Source: Eledone cirrhosa
Taxonomy: Eukaryota
DNA length: 64,000 nt
NCBI GenBank assembly: GCA_964016885.1
Contig: OZ024741.1
Span: 12,214,001 to 12,278,000 of the forward strand
Direction: 5' to 3'
The notes below the pieces were generated by a model, which was not told the DNA's origin, did not search any database, and worked only from the letters and a program-made list of their open reading frames with translations. Positions 13,200-27,899 of the stretch are shown one piece after another. Each line of letters opens with the position of its first letter. Position 1 is the first letter of the stretch. Made by a program: the position numbers and the translations under genes.

Positions 13200-15060
13200 T
13201 TGAGAGATCACAGCTCTGATATTAAGGGTATGTGGTTACAATGTCTCAGGAGATCAGAGAGTCACTCCAGGTAGAGCTGCTACTTCTCCGAATTGAGATA
13301 TCACAGCTCTGATATTAAGGGTATGTGGTTAGAATGTCTCAGGATATCAGAGAGTCACTCCAGGTAGAGCTGCTACTCCTCCGAATTGAGAGATCACAGC
13401 TATGATATTAAGGGTATGTGGTTAGAATGCCTCAGGAGATCAGAGAGTCACTCCAGGTAGAGCTGCTACTTCTCCGAATTGAGACATCACAGCTCTGATA
13501 TTAAGGGTATGAGGTTAGTATATCTCAGGAGATCAGAAAGTCACTCCAGGTAGAGCTGCTACTTCTCATAATTGAGAGATCACAGCTCTGATATTAAGGG
13601 TATGTGGTTAGAATATCTCAGAAGATCAGAGAGTCATTCCAGGTAAAGCTGCTACTTCTCCGAATTGAGAGACCATAGCTCTGATATTAAGGTTATGTTG
13701 TTAGAATGTCTCAGGAGATCAGAGAGTCATTCCAGGTAGAGCTGCTACTTCTCCGAATTGAGAGATCACAGCTCTGATGTTAAGGTTATATGGTTAGAAT
13801 GTCTAAGGAGATCAGAGTGTCACACCAGGTAGAGATGCTACTTCTCCGAATTTAGAGATCACAGCTCTGATATTAAGGGTATGTGGTTAGAATGTCTCAG
13901 GAGATCAGAGAATCACTCCAGGTAGAGCTTCTACTTCTCCGAATTGAGAGATCACAGCTCTGATATTAAGGGTATGTGGTTATAATGTCTCAGGAGATCA
14001 GAGACTCATTCCAGGTAGAGTTGCTACTTCTCCGAATTGATAGATCACAGCTCTGATATTAAGGGTATGTCGTTAGAATGTCTCAGGAGATCAGAGAGTC
14101 ATTCCAGGTAAAGCTGCTACTTCTCCGAATTGAGAGATCACAGCTCTGATATTAAGGGTATGTGGTTACACTGTCTCAGGAGATCAGAGAGTCACTCCAG
14201 GTAGAGCTGCTACTTCTCCGAATTGAGATATCACAGCTCTGATATTAAGGGTATGTGGTTAGAATGTCTCAGGATATCAGAGAGTCACTCCAGGTAGAGC
14301 TGCTACTCCTCCGAATTGAGAGATCACAGCTATGATATTAAGGGTATGTGGTTAGAATGCCTCAGGAGATCAGAGAGTCACTCCAGGTAGAGCTGCTACT
14401 TCTCCGAATTGAGAGATCACAGCTCTGATATTAAGGGTATGAGGTTAGTATATCTCAGGAGATCAGAAAGTCACTCCAGGTAGAGCTGCTACTTCTCATA
14501 ATTGAGAGATCACAGCTCTGATATTAAGGGTATGTGGTTAGAATATCTCAGAAGATCAGAGAGTCATTCCAGGTAAAGCTGCTACTTCTCCGAATTGAGA
14601 GACCATAGCTCTGATATTATGGTTATGTTGTTAGAATGTCTCAGGAGATCAGAGAGTCATTCCAGGTAGAGCTGCTACTTCTCCGAATTGAGAGATCAGA
14701 GCTCTGATATTAAGGTTATATGGTTAGAATGTCTAAGGAGATCAGAGTGTCACACCAGGTAGAGATGCTACTTCTCCGAATTTAGAGATCACAGCTCTGA
14801 TATTAAGGGTATGTGGTTAGAATGTCTCAGGAGATCAGAGAATCACTCCAGGTAGAGCTGCTACTTCTCCGAATTGAGAGATCACAGCTCTGATATTAAG
14901 GGTATGTGGTTATAATGTCTCAGGAGATCAGAGACTCATTCCAGGTAGAGTTGCTACTTCTCCGAATTGATAGATCACAGCTCTGATATTAAGGGTATGT
15001 CGTTAGAATGTCTCAGGAGATCAGAGAGTCATTCCAGGTAAAGCTGCTGCTTCTCCGAAT
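13200..15060 (+). repeat. 10-monomer (930 bp) tandem duplication; boundaries approximate
   Basis: Variant aattgagata occurs at 13291 and 14221, followed by the same order of variant monomers. Confidence 0.85.
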
Positions 15061-18000
15061 TGAGAGATCACAGCTCTGATATTAAGGGTATGTGGTTAGA
15101 ATGTCTCAGGAGATCAGAGAGTCATTCCAGGTAAAGCTGCTGCTTCTCCGAATTGAGAGATCACAGCTATGATATTAAGGGTATGTGGTTAGAATGCCTC
15201 AGGAGATCAGAGAGTCACTCCAGGTAGAGCTGCTACTTCTCCGAATTGAGAGATCACAGCTCTGATATTAAGGGTATGTGGTTAGAATGTCTCAGGAGAT
15301 CTGAGTGTCATTCCAGGTAGGGCTGCTACTTCTCCGAATTGAGAGATTACAGCTCTGATATTAAGGGTATGTGGTTAGAATGTCTCAGGAGATCAGAGAG
15401 TCACTCCAGGTAGAACTGCTACTTCTCCGAATTGAGAGATCACAGATCTGATATTAAGGGTATGGGGTTAGAATGTCTCAGGAGATCAGAGAGTCACTCC
15501 AGGTAGAGCCGCTACTTCTCCGAATTGAGAGATCACAGCTCTGATATTAAGGTTATGTGGCTAGAATGTCTCAGGAGATCAGAGAGTCATTCCAGGTAGA
15601 GCTGCTACTTCTCCGAATTGAGAGATCACAGCGCTGATATTAAGGGTATGTGGTTAGAATGTCTCAGGAGATCAGAGAGTCACTCCAGGTAGTGCTGCTA
15701 CCTTTCCGAATTGAGAGATCACAGCTCTGATATTAAGGGTATGTGGTTAGAATGTCTCAGGAGATCAGAGAGTCACTCCGGGTAGAGCTGCTACTTCTCC
15801 GAATTGAGAGATCACAGCTCTGATATTAAGGGTATGTGGTTAGAATGTCTCAGGAGATCAGAGAGTCATTCCAGGTAGAGCTGCTACTTCTCCGAATTGA
15901 GAGATCACAGCGCTGATATTAAGGGTATGTGGTTAGAATGTCTCAGGAGATCAGAGAGTCACTCCAGGTAGAGCTGCTACCTCTCCGAATTGAGAGATCA
16001 CAGCTCTGATATTAAGGGTATGTGGTTAGAATGTCTCAGGAGATCAGAGAGTTATCCAGGTAGAGCTGCTACTTCTCCGAATTGAGAGATCACAGCTCTG
16101 ATATTAAGGGTATGAGGTTAGAATGTCTCAGGAGATCAGAGAGTCATTCCAGGTAGAGCTGCTACTTCTCCGAATTGAGAGATCACAGCTCTGATATTAA
16201 GGGTATGAGGTTAGAATGTCTCAGGAGATCAGAGAGTCATTCCAGGTAGAGCCGCTACTTCTCCGAATTGAGAGATCACAGCTCTGATATTAAGGGTATG
16301 AGGTTAGAATGTCTCAGCAGATCAGAGAGTCACTCCAGGTAGAGCGGCTACTACTCCGAATTGAGAGATTACAGTTCTGATATTAAGGGTATGTGGTTAG
16401 AATGTCTCAGGAGATCAGAGAGTCACTCCAGGTAGAGCTGCTACCTCTCCGAATTGAGAGATCACAGCTCTGATATTAAGGGTATGCAGTTAGAACGTCT
16501 CAGGAGATCAGAGAGTCACTCCAGGTAGAGCTGCTACCTTTCCGAATTGAGAGATCACAGCTCTGATATTAAGGGTGTGTGGTTAGAATGTCTCAGGAGA
16601 TCAGAGAGTCACTCCGGGTAGAGCTGCTACTTCTCCGAATTGAGAGATCACAGCTCTGATATTAAGGGTATGTGGTTAGAATGTCCCAGGAGATCAGAGA
16701 GTCATTCCAGGTAGAGCTGCTACTTCTCCGAATTGAGAGATCACAGCGCTGATATTAAGGGTATGTGGTTAGAATGTCTCAGGAGATCAGAGAGGCACTC
16801 CAGGTAGTGCTGCTACCTCTCCGAATTGAGAGATCACAGCTCTGATATTAAGGGTATGTGGTTAGAATGTCTCAGGAGATCAGAGAGTTATCCAGGTAGA
16901 GCTGCTACTTCTCCGAATTGAGAGATCACAGCTCTGATATTAAGGGTATGTGGTTAGAATGTCTCAGGAGATCAGAGAGTTATCCAGGTAGAGCTGCTAC
17001 TTCTCCGAATTGAGAGATCACAGCTCTGATATTAAGGGTATGAGGTTAGAATGTCTCAGGAGATCAGAGAGTCATTCCAGGTAGAGCTGCTACTTCTCCG
17101 AATTGAGAGATCACAGCTCTGATATTAAGGGTATGAGGTTAGAATGTCTCAGCAGATCAGAGAGTCACTCCAGGTAGAGCGGCTACTACTCCGAATTGAG
17201 AGATTACAGTTCTGATATTAAGGGTATGTGGTTAGAATGTCTCAGGAGATCAGAGAGTCACTCCAGGTAGAGCTGCTACCTCTCCGAATTGAGAGATCAC
17301 AGCTCTGATATTAAGGGTATGCAGTTAGAACGTCTCAGGAGATCAGAGAGTCATTCCAGGTAGAGTTGCTACTGCTCTGAATTGAGAGATCACAGCACTG
17401 ATATTAAGGGTATGTGGTTAGAATGTCTCAGGAGATCAGAGAGTCACTCCAGGTAGAGCTGCTACTTCTCCGAATTGAGAGATCACAGCTCTGATATTAA
17501 GGGTATGTGGTTAGAATGCCTCAGGGCATCAGAGAGTCATTCCAGGTAGAGCTGCTACTTCTCCGAATTGAGAGATCCCAGCTCTGATATTAAGGGTATG
17601 AGGTTAGTATATCTCAGGAGATCAGAAAGTCACTCCAGGTAGAGCTGCTACTTCTCCGAATTGAGAGATCACAGCTCTGATATTAAGGTTATGTTGTTAG
17701 AATGTCTCAGGAGATCAGAGAGTCATTCCAGGTAGAGCTGCTACTTCTCCGAATTGAGAGATCACAGCTCTGATATTAAGGTTATATGGTTAGAATGTCT
17801 AAGGAGATCAGAGTGTCACACCAGGTAGAGCTGCTACTTCTCCGAATTTAGAGATCACAGCTCTGATATTAAGGGTATGTGGTTAGAATGTCTCAGGAGA
17901 TCAGAGAATCACTCCAGGTAGAACTGCTACTTCTCCGAATTGAGAGATCACAGCTCTGATATTAAGGGTATGTGGTTATAATATCTCAGGAGATCAGAGA

Positions 18001-20209
18001 CTCATTCCAGGTATAGTTGCTACTTCTCCGAATTGATAGATCACAGCTCTGATATTAAGGGTATGTCGTTAGAATGTCTCAGGAGATCAGAGAGTCATTC
18101 CAGGTAAAGCTGCTGCTTCTCCGAATTGAGAGATCACAGCTCTGATATTAAGGGTATGTGGTTAGAATGTCTCAGGAGATCAGAGAGTCACTCCAGGTAG
18201 AGCTGCTACCTCTCCGAATTGAGACATCACAGCTCTGATATTAAGGGTTTGTGGTTAGAATGTCTCAGGAGATCAGAGTGTCACTCCAGGTAGAGCTGCT
18301 ACTTCTCCGAATTGAGAGATCACAGCTCTGATATTAAGGGTATGTGGTTAGAATGTCTCAGGAGGTCAGAGTGTCATTCCAGGTAGAGCTGCTACTACTC
18401 CGAATTGAGAGATCACAGCTCTGATATTAAGGGTATGGGGTTAGAATGTCTCAGGAGATCAGAGAGTCATTCCAGGTAGAGCTACTACTTCTCCGAATTG
18501 AGAGATCACAGCTCTGATATTAAGGGTATGTGGTTAGAATGTCTCAGGATATCAGAGAGTCACTCCAGGTAGAGCTGCTACTCCTCCGAATTGAGAGATC
18601 ACACCTATGATATTAAGGGTATGTGGTTAGAATGCCTCAGGAGATCAGGGAGTCATTCCAGGTAGAGCTACTACTTCTCCGAAATGAGAGATCACAGCTC
18701 TGATATTAAGGTTATGTGGTTAGAATGTCTCAGGAGATCAGGGAGTCATTCCAGGTAGAGCTGCTACTTCTCCGAATTGAGAGATCACAGCGCTGATATT
18801 AAGGGTATGTGGTTAGAATGTCTCAGGAGATCAGAGAGTCACTCCAGGTAGAGCTGCTACTTCTCCGAATTGAGAGATCACAGCTCTGATATTAAGGGTA
18901 TGTGGTTAGAATGTCTCAGGAGATCAGAGAGTCACTCCAGGTAGAGCTGCTACTTCTCCGAATTGAGAGATCACAGCTCTGATATTAAGGGTATGTGGTT
19001 AGAATGTCTCAGGAAATCAGAGTGTCACTCCAGGTAGAGCTGCTACTACTCCGAATTGAGAGATCGCAGCTCTGATATTAAGGGTATGTGGTTAGAATGT
19101 CTCAGGAGATCAGAGAGTCACTCCAGGTAGAGCTGCTACTTCTCCGAATTGAGAGATCACAGCTCTGATATTAAGGGTATGTGGTTAGAATGTCTCAGGA
19201 TATCAGAGAGTCACTCCAGGTGGAGCTGCTACTCCTCCGAATTGAGAGATCACAGCTATGATATTTAGGGTATGTGGTTAGAATGCCTCAGGAGATCAGA
19301 GAGTCACTCCAGGTAGAACTGCTACTTCTCCGAATTGAGAGATCACAGCGCTGATATTAAGGGTATGTGGTTAGAATGTCTCAGGAGATCAGAGAGTCAC
19401 TCCAGGTAGAGCTGCTACCTCTCCGAATTGAGAGATCACAGCTCTGATATTAAGGGTATGTGGTTAGAATGTCTCAGGAGATCAGAGAGTCACTCCGGGT
19501 AGAGCTGCTAGTACTCCGAATTGAGAGATCGCAGCTCTGATATTAAGGGTATGTGGTTAGAATGTCTCAGGAGATCAGGGAGTCATTCCAGGTAGAGCTG
19601 CTACTTCTCCGAATTCAGAGATCACAGCTCTGATATTAAGGGTATGAGGTTAGAATGTCTCAGCAGATCAGAGAGTCACTCCAGGTAGAGCGGCTACTAC
19701 TCCGAATTGAGAGATTACAGTTCTGATATTAAGGGTATGTGGTTAGAATGTCTCAGGAGATCAGAGAGTCACTCCTGGTAGAGCTGCTGCTTCTCCAAAT
19801 TGAGAGATCACAGCTCTGATATTAAGGGTATGTGGTTAGAATGTCTCAGGAAATCAGAGAGTCACTCCAGGTAGAGCTGCTACTGCTCTGAATTGAGAGA
19901 TCACAGCACTGATATTAAGGGTATGTGGTTAGAATGTCTCAGGAGATCAGAGAGTCACTCCAGGTAGAGCTGCTACTTCTCCGAATTGAGAGATCACAGC
20001 TCTGATATTAAAGGTATGTGGGTAGAATGCCTCAGGGGATCAGAGAGTCATTCCAGGTAGAGCTGCTACTTCTCCGAATTGAGAGATCCCAGCTCTGATA
20101 TTAAGGGTATGAGGTTAGTGTATCTCAGGAGATCAGAAAGTCACTCCAGGTAGAGCTGCTACTTCTCATAATTGAGAGATCACAGCTCTGATATTAAGGG
20201 TATGTGGTT

Positions 20210-23000
20210 AGAATGTCTCAGAAGATCAGAGAGTCATTCCAGGTAAAGCTGCTACTTCTCCGAATTGAGAGACCATAGCTCTGATATTAAGGTTATGTTG
20301 TTAGAATGTCTCAGGATATCAGAGAGTCATTCCAGGTAGAGCTGCTACTTATCCGAATTGAGAGATCACAGCTCTGATATTAAGGTTATATGGTTAGAAT
20401 GTCTAAGGAGATCAGAGTGTCACACCAGGTAGAGATGCTACTTCTCCGAATTTAGAGATCACAGCTCTGATATTAAGGTTATGTGGTTAGAATGTCTCAG
20501 GAGATCAGAGAATCACTCCAGGTAGAACTGCTACTTCTCCGAATTGAGAGATCACAGCTCTGATATTAAGGGTATGTGGTTATAATGTCTCAGGAGATCA
20601 GAGACTCATTCCAGGTAGAATTGCTACTTCTCCGAATTGATAGATCACGGCTCTGATATTAAGGGTATGTCGTTAGAATGTCTCAGGAGATCAGAGAGTC
20701 ATTCCAGGTAGAGCTGCTACTACTCCGAATTGAGAGATCACAGCTCTGATATTAAGGGTATGGGGTTAGAATGTCTCAGGAGATCTGAGAGTCATTCCAG
20801 GTAGGGCTGCTACTTCTCCGAAGTGAGAGATTACAGCTCTGATATTAAGGGTATGTGGTTAGAATGTCTCAGGAGATCAGAGAGTCACTCCAGGTAGAAC
20901 TGCTACTTCTCCGAATTGAGAGATCACAGATCTGATATTAAGGGTATGGGGTTAGAATGTCTCAGGAGATCAGAGAGTCACTCCAGGTAGAGCTGCTACT
21001 TCTCCGAATTGAGAGATCACAGCTCTGATATTAAGGTTATGTGGTTAGAATGTCTCAGGAGATCAGAGAGTCACTCCAGGTAGAGCTGCTACTTCTCCGA
21101 ATTGAGAGATCACAGCTCTGATATTAAGGGTATGTGGTTAGAATGTCTCAGGAGATCAGAGAGTCACTCCAGGTAGAGCTGCTACCTCTCCGAATTCAGA
21201 GATCACAGCTCTGATATTAAGGGTATGTGGTTAGAATGTCTCAGGAGATCAGAGAGTCACTCCGGGTAGAGCTGCTACTTCTCCGAATTGAGAGATCACA
21301 GCTCTGATATTAAGGGTATGTGGCTAGAATGTCTCAGGATGTCAGAGAGTCATTCCAGGTAGAGCTGCTACTTCTCCGAATTGAGAGATCACAGCTCTGA
21401 TATTAAGGGTATGAGGTTAGAATGTCTCAGCAGATCAGAGAGTCACTCCAGGTAGAGCGGCTACTACTCCGATTTGAGAGATTACAGTTCTGATATTTAG
21501 GGTATGTGGTTAGAATGTCTCAGGAGAACAGAGAATCATTCCAGATAGAGCTGCTACTTCTCCGAATTGAGAGATCACAGCTCTGATATTAAGGGTATGT
21601 CGTTAGAATGTCTCAGAAGATCAGAGAGTCATTCCAGGTAAAGCTGCTACTTCTCCGAATTGAGAGACCATAGCTCTGATATTAAGGTTATGTTGTTAGA
21701 ATGTCTCAGGATATCAGAGAGTCATTCCAGGTAGAGCTGCTACTTATCCGAATTGAGAGATCACAGCTCTGATATTAAGGTTATATGGTTAGAATGTCTA
21801 AGGAGATCAGAGTGTCACACCAGGTAGAGATGCTACTTCTCCGAATTTAGAGATCACAGCTCTGATATTAAGGTTATGTGGTTAGAATGTCTCAGGAGAT
21901 CAGAGAATCACTCCAGGTAGAACTGCTACTTCTCCGAATTGAGAGATCACAGCTCTGATATTAAGGGTATGTGGTTATAATGTCTCAGGAGATCAGAGAC
22001 TCATTCCAGGTAGAATTGCTACTTCTCCGAATTGATAGATCACGGCTCTGATATTAAGGGTATGTCGTTAGAATGTCTCAGGAGATCAGAGAGTCATTCC
22101 AGGTAGAGCTGCTACTACTCCGAATTGAGAGATCACAGCTCTGATATTAAGGGTATGGGGTTAGAATGTCTCAGGAGATCTGAGAGTCATTCCAGGTAGG
22201 GCTGCTACTTCTCCGAAGTGAGAGATTACAGCTCTGATATTAAGGGTATGTGGTTAGAATGTCTCAGGAGATCAGAGAGTCACTCCAGGTAGAACTGCTA
22301 CTTCTCCGAATTGAGAGATCACAGATCTGATATTAAGGGTATGGGGTTAGAATGTCTCAGGAGATCAGAGAGTCACTCCAGGTAGAGCTGCTACTTCTCC
22401 GAATTGAGAGATCACAGCTCTGATATTAAGGTTATGTGGTTAGAATGTCTCAGGAGATCAGAGAGTCACTCCAGGTAGAGCTGCTACTTCTCCGAATTGA
22501 GAGATCACAGCTCTGATATTAAGGGTATGTGGTTAGAATGTCTCAGGAGATCAGAGAGTCACTCCAGGTAGAGCTGCTACCTCTCCGAATTCAGAGATCA
22601 CAGCTCTGATATTAAGGGTATGTGGTTAGAATGTCTCAGGAGATCAGAGAGTCACTCCGGGTAGAGCTGCTACTTCTCCGAATTGAGAGATCACAGCTCT
22701 GATATTAAGGGTATGTGGCTAGAATGTCTCAGGATGTCAGAGAGTCATTCCAGGTAGAGCTGCTACTTCTCCGAATTGAGAGATCACAGCTCTGATATTA
22801 AGGGTATGAGGTTAGAATGTCTCAGCAGATCAGAGAGTCACTCCAGGTAGAGCGGCTACTACTCCGATTTGAGAGATTACAGTTCTGATATTTAGGGTAT
22901 GTGGTTAGAATGTCTCAGGAGAACAGAGAATCATTCCAGATAGAGCTGCTACTTCTCCGAATTGAGAGATCACAGCTCTGATATTAAGGGTATGTCGTTA
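20210..23000 (+). repeat. 15-monomer (1395 bp) tandem duplication; boundaries approximate
   Basis: Private variants acttAtccg (20351/21746), ccgaaGtgag (20821/22216) and caggatgtcag are each repeated at a 1395 bp offset. Confidence 0.92.
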
Positions 23001-26000
23001 GAATGTCTCAGGAGGTAAGAGTGTCATTCCAGGTAGAGCTGCTACTACTCCGAATTGAGAGATCACAGCTCTGATATTAAGGGTATGGGGTTAGAATGTC
23101 TCAGGAGATCAAAGAGTCACTCCTGGTATAACATCTACTACTCCGAATTGAGAGATCACAGCTCTGATTTTAAGGGTATGTGGTTAGAATGTCTCAGGAT
23201 ATCAGAGAGTCACTCCAGGTAGAGCTGCTACTCCTTCGAATTGAGAGATCACAGCTATGATATTAAGGGTATGTGGTTAGAATGTCTCAGAAGATCAGAG
23301 AGTCATTCCAGATAGAGCTGCTACTTCTCCGAATTGAGAGATCACAGCTCTGATATTAAGGGTATGTGGTTAGAATGTCTCAGGAGATCAGAGAGTCACT
23401 GCAGGTAGAGATGCTACTTCTCCGAATTGAGAGATCACAGCTCTGATATTAAGGGTATGTGGTTAGAATGTCTCAGGAGATCAGAGAGTCACTCCAGGTA
23501 GAGCCGCTACTTCTCCGAATTGAGAGATCACAGCTCTGATATTAAGGGTATGAGGTTAGAATGTCTCAGGAGATCAAAGAGTCACTCCTGGTATAACATC
23601 TACTACTCCGAATTGAGAGATCACAGCTCTGATATTAAGGGTATGTGGTTAGAATGTCTCAGGATATCAGAGAGTCACTCCAGGTAGAGCTGCTACTCCT
23701 CCGAATTGAGAGATCACAGCTATGATATTAAGGGTATGTGGTTAGAATGTCTCAGGAGATCAGAGAGTCACTCCAGGTAGAGCTGCTACTTCTCCGAATT
23801 GAGAGATCACAGCTCTGATATTAAGGGTATGTGGTTAGAATGTCTCAGGAGATCTGAGAGTCATTCCAGGTAGGGCTGCTACTTCTCCGAATTGAGAGAT
23901 TACAGCTCTGATATTAAGGGTATGTGGTTAGAATGTCTCAGGAGATCAGAGTGTCACTCCAGGTAGAACTGCTACTTCTCCGAATTGAGAGATCACAGCT
24001 CTGATATTAAGGGTATGGGGTTAGAATGTCTCAGGAGATCAGAGAGTCACTCCAGGTAGAGCCGCTACTTCTCCGAATTGAGAGATCACAGCTCTGATAT
24101 TAAGGTTATGTGGTTAGAATGTCTCAGGAGATCAGAGAATCATTCCAGGTAGAGCTGCTACCTCTCCGAATTGAGAGATCACAGCTCTGATATTAAGGGT
24201 ATGTGGTTAGAATGTCTCAGGAGATCAGAGAGTCACTCCGGGTAGAGCTGCTACTGCTCCGAATTGAGAGATCACAGCTCTGATATTAAGGGTATGGGGT
24301 TAGAATGTCTCAGGAGATCAGAGAGTCATTCCAGGTAAAGCTGCTACTTCTCGGAATTGAGAAATCACAGCTCTGATATTAGGGGTATGTGGATAGAATG
24401 TCTTAGGAAATCAGAGAGTCACTCCAGATAGAGCTGCTACTTCTCCGAATTTAGAGATCACAGCTCTGATATTAAGGGTAAGTGGTTAGAATGTCTCAGA
24501 AGATCAGAGAGTCATTCCAGATAGAGCTGCTACTTCTCCGAATTGAGAGATCACAGCTCTGATATTAAGGGTATGGGGTTAGAATGTCTCAGGAGATCAG
24601 AGAGTCATTCCAGGTAGAGCTACTACTTCTCCGAATTGAGAGATCACAGCTCTGATATTAAGGGTATGTGGTTAGAATGTCTCAGGATATCAGAGAGTCA
24701 CTCCAGGTAGAGCTGCTACTCCTCCGAATTGAGAGATCACAGCTATGATATTTAGGGTATGTGGTTAGAATGCCTCAGGAGATCAGAGAGTCACTCCAGG
24801 TAGAGCTGCTACTTCTCCGAATTGAGAGATCACAGCTCTGATATTAAGGGTATGTGGTTAGAATGTCTCAGGAGATCTGAGTGTCATTCCAGGTAGGGCT
24901 GCTACTTCTCCGAATTGAGAGATTACAGCTCTGATATTAAGGGTATGTGGTTAGAATGTCTCAGGAGATCAGAGAGTCACTCCAGGTAGAACTGCTACTT
25001 CTCCGAATTGAGAGATCACAGATCTGATATTAAGGGTATGTGGTTAGAATGTCTCAGGAGATCAGAGAGTCACTCCAGGTAGAGCCGCTACTTCTCCGAA
25101 TTGAGAGATCACAGCTCTGATATTAAGGTTATGTGGTTAGAATGTCTCAGGAGATCTGAGAGTCATTCCAGGTAGAGCTGCTACTTCTCCGAATTGAGAG
25201 ATCACAGCGCTGATATTAAGGGTATGTGGTTAGAATGTCTCAGGAGATCAGAGAGTCACTCCAGGTAGAGCTGCTATCTCTCCGAATTGAGAGATCACAG
25301 CTCTGATATTAAGGGTATGTGGTTAGAATGTCTCAGGAGATCAGAGAGTCACTCCGGGTAGAGCTGCTACTTCTCCGAATTGAGAGATCGCAGCTCTGAT
25401 ATTAAGGGTATGTGGTTAGAATGTCTCAGGAGATCAGAGAGTCATTCCAGGTAGAGCTGCTACTTCTCCGAATTGATAGATCACAGCTCTGATATTAAGG
25501 GTATGAGGTTAGAATGTCTCAGCAGATCAGAGAGTCACTCCAGGTAGAGCGGCTACTACTCCGAATTTAGAGATTACAGTTCTGATATTAAGGGTATGTG
25601 GTTAGAATGTCTCAGGAGATCAGAGAGTCACTCCTGGTAGAGCTGCTGCTTCTCCAAATTGAGAGATCACAGCTCTGATATTAAGGGTATGTGGTTAGAA
25701 TGTCTCAGGAAATCAGAGAGTCACTCCAGGTAGAGCTGCTACTGCTCTGAATTGAGAGATCATAGCACTGATATTAAGGGTATGTGGTTAGAATGTCTCT
25801 GGAGATCAGAGTGTCACTCCAGGTAGAGCTGCTACTTCTCCGAATTGAGAGATCACAGCTCTGATATTAAGGGTATGTGGGTAGAATGCCTCAGGGGATC
25901 AGAGAGTCATTGCAGGTAGAGCTGCTACTTCTCCAAATTGAGAGATCCCAGCTCTGATATTAAGGGTATGAGGTTAGTATATCTCAGGAGATCAGAAAGT

Positions 26001-27899
26001 CACTCCAGGTAGAGCTGCTACTTCTCATAATTGAGAGATCACAGCTCTGATATTAAGGGTATGTGGTTAGAATGTCTCAGAAGATCAGAGAGTCATTCCA
26101 GGTAAAGCTGCTACTTCTCCGAATTGAGAGACCATAGCACTGATATTAAGGTTATGTTGTTAGAATGTCTCAGGAGATCAGAGAATCACTCCAGGTAGAA
26201 CTGCTACTTCTCCGAATTGAGAGATCACAGCTCTGATATTAAGGGTATGTGGTTATAATGTCTCAGGAGATCAGAGACTCATTTCAGGTAGAATTGCTAC
26301 TGCTCCGAATTGAGAGATCACGGCTCTGATATTAAGGGTATGTCGTTAGAATGTCTCAGGAGATCGGAGAGTCATTCCAGGTAAAGCTGCTGCTTCTCCG
26401 AATTGAGAGATCACAGCTCTGATATTAAGGGTATGTGGTTAGAATGTCTCAGGAGATCAGAGTGTCACTCCAGGTAGAGCTGCTACCTCTCCAAATTGAG
26501 AGATCACAGCTCTGATATTAAGGGTTTGTGGTTAGAATCTCTCAGGAGATCAGAGAGTCACTCCAGGTAGAGCTGCTACTTCTCCGAATTGAGAGATCAC
26601 AGCTCTGATATTAAGGGTATGTGGTTAGAATGTCTCAGGAGATCAGAGAGTCACTCCGGGTAGAGCTGCTACTTCTCCGAATTGAGAGATCACAGCTCTG
26701 ATATTAAGGGTATGTGGCTAGAATGTCTCAGGAGATCAGAGAGTCATTCCAGGTAGAGCTGCTACTTCTCCGAATTGAGAGATCACAGCTCTGACATTAA
26801 GGGTATGAGGTTAGAATGTCTCAGCAGATCAGAGAGTCACTCCAGGTAGAGCGGCTACTACTCCGATTTGAGAGATTACAGTTCTGATATTTAGGGTATG
26901 TGGTTAGAATGTCTCAGGAGAACAGAGAATCATTCCAGATAGAGCTGCTACTTCTCCGAATTGAGAGATCACAGCTCTGATATTAAGGGTATGTCGTTAG
27001 AATGTCTCAGGAGGTAAGAGTGTCATTCCAGGTAGAGCTGCTACTACTCCGAATTGAGAGATCACAGCTCTGATATTAAGGGTATGGGGTTAGAATGTCT
27101 CAGGAGATCAAAGAGTCACTCCTGGTATAACATCTACTACTCCGAATTGAGAGATCACAGCTCTGATTTTAAGGGTATGTGGTTAGAATGTCTCAGAAGA
27201 TCAGAGAGTCATTCCAGATAGAGCTGCTACTTCTCCGAATTGAGAGATCACAGCTCTGATATTAAGGGTATGTGGTTAGAATGTCTCAGGAGATCAGAGA
27301 GTCACTGCAGGTAGAGATGCTACTTCTCCGAATTGAGAGATCACAGCTCTGATATTAAGGGTATGTGGTTAGAATGTCTCAGGAGATCAGAGAGTCACTC
27401 CAGGTAGAGCCGCTACTTCTCCGAATTGAGAGATCACAGCTCTGATATTAAGGGTATGAGGTTAGAATGTCTCAGGAGATCAAAGAGTCACTCCTGGTAT
27501 AACATCTACTACTCCGAATTGAGAGATCACAGCTCTGATATTAAGGGTATGTGGTTAGAATGTCTCAGGATATCAGAGAGTCACTCCAGGTAGAGCTGCT
27601 ACTCCCCCGAATTGAGAGATCACAGCTATGATATTAAGGGTATGTGGTTCGAATGTCTCAGGAGATCAGAGCGTCACTCCAGGTAGAGCTGCTACTTCTC
27701 CGAATTGAGAGATCACAGCTCTGATATTAAGGGTATGTGGTTAGAATGTCTCAGGAGATCTGAGAGTCATTCCAGGTAGGGCTGCTACTTCTCCGAATTG
27801 AGAGATTACAGCTCTGATATTAAGGGTATGTGGTTAGAATGTCTCAGGAGATCAGAGTGTAACTCCAGGTAGAACTGCTACTTCTCCGAATTGAGAGAT

